A stretch of 64,000 bases of DNA from Bixzunavirus cane17 (lineage: Duplodnaviria > Heunggongvirae > Uroviricota > Caudoviricetes). Positions 62,354 through 64,000 of the stretch are shown one piece after another (the first letter of the stretch is position 1; every line of letters begins with the position of its first letter). The stretch is from IMG/VR virus record IMGVR_UViG_2974759174_000001, one strand, 5' to 3'. The notes under the pieces are model-generated. The model was not told the DNA's origin. It saw only the letters and a program-made list of their open reading frames with translations, and searched no databases. The translations under genes were made by a program, and so were the position numbers.

Positions 62354-63964
62354 ATGCCAACCGGTTACCCCGAGGACTTCGACACCTTCATCGAGCCCAC
62401 CCTGCCCGAGGAGACCACCCTGTCGTCGTCGGGCACCGGCGACCGCAACCACGTCGAGCACCACCGCGACATGGGCGACGCGATCGAGGCACTGCAGCGC
62501 GGCGCGGCCTACCGTGACCACGACCACGGCGGCGATCCCGACGACATCCGGCACGGTCGCAAGCTCGATCAGGCCAACACCCACGAGAACGCCGACACCG
62601 ACACCGTCGAGGGCATCCACCACACCCTCGGTGAGGGCGCAGGCCAGGCCGCGCCGGGCAACCACACCCACGACTACGCCGGGCCCTCGATCATCAACAA
62701 GGCCCTGGAGATCTGCACCTCCAGCTCGCGTCCGCCGAATCCGAACCCGGGCAAGCTGATCTGGGAGGTCGACACCAACCGGATGCGCGTCTGGGCCCAG
62801 TTCCCCGGCGAGCGCCAGGCGGTGCAGGGCCTGTACTCGATCGACAAGCTGGAGCGGACCAGCAGTGTCGACCTCGGCCCCACCCTGTGGGACCAGTGGT
62901 ACCAGTTCCCCACCGGCAAGGGTGTGATGGCCACCCCCAGCGGACATTCGGCCAGCTGGATCAAGGCCAGCGCTGACGCCAACCGCTGCATCGCGCGGCG
63001 CATCTTCCCGGCGGACCGCTACACCCAGAGCTACGACCAGGTCATCACCTTCACCACCAACGACCACGTCGCCGACTGGACCAACCCGAGTGCGGACAAC
63101 CCGGCCACCAACGACGCCTACTTCCGGATGTCCGACGACGGCCAGTCCTATGTCCGGGCGGCGCTGACCTGGTGGAAAGGCTCGACCGGCGCCATCATGC
63201 TGACCTACACCACCACCGGCCCGACCGGTGAGGTGCTCATCGGCCAGCTTCCGGCGCAGACCAACGCGGCCAACATCATGTGGCAGCTGCGCCTGGTCGG
63301 CAACAAGTTCGAGGTCTACCGAGGTGTTGAGTACATCGGCAGCATCCTCGATAACGAGGGTGTGACCACGCTGCCGTACAAGGGCTGGGGCTTTGGCATG
63401 CAGGCCGGTGACGGCGGCTCGCAGCAGTCGCTGCCCAACGAGATCTCTGAGGTCGGCATCGCCGATGCGACCTACTACACCAGCAACGCGGCCTGGCAGC
63501 TGCTCACGGCGGGCGACATCCCGCGCGTGGGCCTCGGCGCGGCGCGGGCCCAGCCGATCAACCCCACCGGCACCATGATCGAGTGGACTGAGATCGGCGA
63601 AGACAACTTCGACATGTTCAAGCTGGAGAACCCGACTCACGTGGTGATTAAGGAGGCGGGCATCTACCACGTGCACGCCTCGGTCGCCTGGGCCACCCAG
63701 CTGCGCGGCGACCGTGCGGCCACCATCATCACGGTCAACGATCAGCCGACCCCGCACATGCACTGGGAGTTCGTGCGCGGCCAGAACTACGTGCCCGGCT
63801 TCTCCCAGACTGTCGACGTCACGGCCTTCCTGCGCCTCAAGGAAGGTGACCGGGTCGGCGTCGCAGCAGCGCACAACGGTCCGGTCCCTCAGCATACCGG
63901 GGCCAAGAAGAACGCCGAGATCACCCAGGTGAGCCGGTTCTTCCTGTGCTTCCAGAGCCCGTAA
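62354..63964 (+). CDS. tail fibre / receptor-binding protein (536 aa) with C-terminal jelly-roll-like (C1q/TNF-like) domain
   Basis: His-rich N-terminus; the C-terminal 140 aa, AGIYHVHASVAWAT ... RVGVAAAHN, resembles C1q-like domains; RBS AGGAGGG. Confidence 0.75.
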   Translation: MPTGYPEDFDTFIEPTLPEETTLSSSGTGDRNHVEHHRDMGDAIEALQRGAAYRDHDHGGDPDDIRHGRKLDQANTHENADTDTVEGIHHTLGEGAGQAAPGNHTHDYAGPSIINKALEICTSSSRPPNPNPGKLIWEVDTNRMRVWAQFPGERQAVQGLYSIDKLERTSSVDLGPTLWDQWYQFPTGKGVMATPSGHSASWIKASADANRCIARRIFPADRYTQSYDQVITFTTNDHVADWTNPSADNPATNDAYFRMSDDGQSYVRAALTWWKGSTGAIMLTYTTTGPTGEVLIGQLPAQTNAANIMWQLRLVGNKFEVYRGVEYIGSILDNEGVTTLPYKGWGFGMQAGDGGSQQSLPNEISEVGIADATYYTSNAAWQLLTAGDIPRVGLGAARAQPINPTGTMIEWTEIGEDNFDMFKLENPTHVVIKEAGIYHVHASVAWATQLRGDRAATIITVNDQPTPHMHWEFVRGQNYVPGFSQTVDVTAFLRLKEGDRVGVAAAHNGPVPQHTGAKKNAEITQVSRFFLCFQSP

Positions 63965-63975
63965 GGAGCACGACG

Positions 63976-64000
63976 TGACCACCATGGAGATGCCTGGCAG
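63976..64000 (+). CDS. start of next gene, truncated by the window edge
   Basis: GTG after AAGGAGCACGAC. Confidence 0.3.

Overview
This window is a 64-kb high-GC (about 65%) segment that reads as an actinobacteriophage genome. Almost every gene is on the + strand and tightly packed, with many ATGA, GTGA and TGATG stop-start overlaps. The left 27 kb holds about 70 mostly small early or accessory genes. Those I can name are an intein-bearing Pol-beta nucleotidyltransferase, an SPFH/band-7 protein, a helix-turn-helix regulator, two signal-peptide proteins and a ParB-GNAT fusion. At 27.5-28.1 kb there is a cluster of four tRNAs plus tRNA-like remnants, and a minus-strand HNH endonuclease overlaps the last tRNA. 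The right half is a structural or late region. It holds a 1140-aa acidic protein, an HNH-AP2 endonuclease and a putative portal interrupted by a LAGLIDADG intein. It also holds ThyX interrupted by an HNH intein inside its RHR...S active-site motif, and a LigT-like 2H phosphoesterase. Two giant proteins follow: one of 1267 aa with a LysM domain and a SWIM zinc finger, and one of 1240 aa fusing a prohead protease to an M15 peptidase. After them come an HK97-like major capsid candidate, a zinc-ribbon-repeat PD-(D/E)XK nuclease, an SGNH-hydrolase tail-fibre protein and several fibre genes with phage fibre motifs. I could not find a large terminase subunit (only an incidental Walker A match inside a low-complexity stretch), nor a tape-measure protein. 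The most interesting signals are non-coding. The first is a family of about 16 conserved intergenic elements, each 65-85 bp, with the layout GGGAATGAATCCCC box, then a TANNNT -10, then GTGTAAG, then a CA-rich ACACTCAC leader, then an AGGAGCC ribosome-binding site. One copy has no gene behind it and sits in front of a 450-bp purine-rich non-coding stretch, which is an ncRNA candidate. The second is a family of hairpins that bury the ribosome-binding site and share a conserved loop, yAAyAGGTrG, directly upstream of four genes. The third is a triplicated 11-mer, tCAACCTGTAG, in front of late-module genes. Three inteins of three different architectures sit in one genome segment. All calls come from reading the sequence and from motif knowledge. 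No database search was possible.
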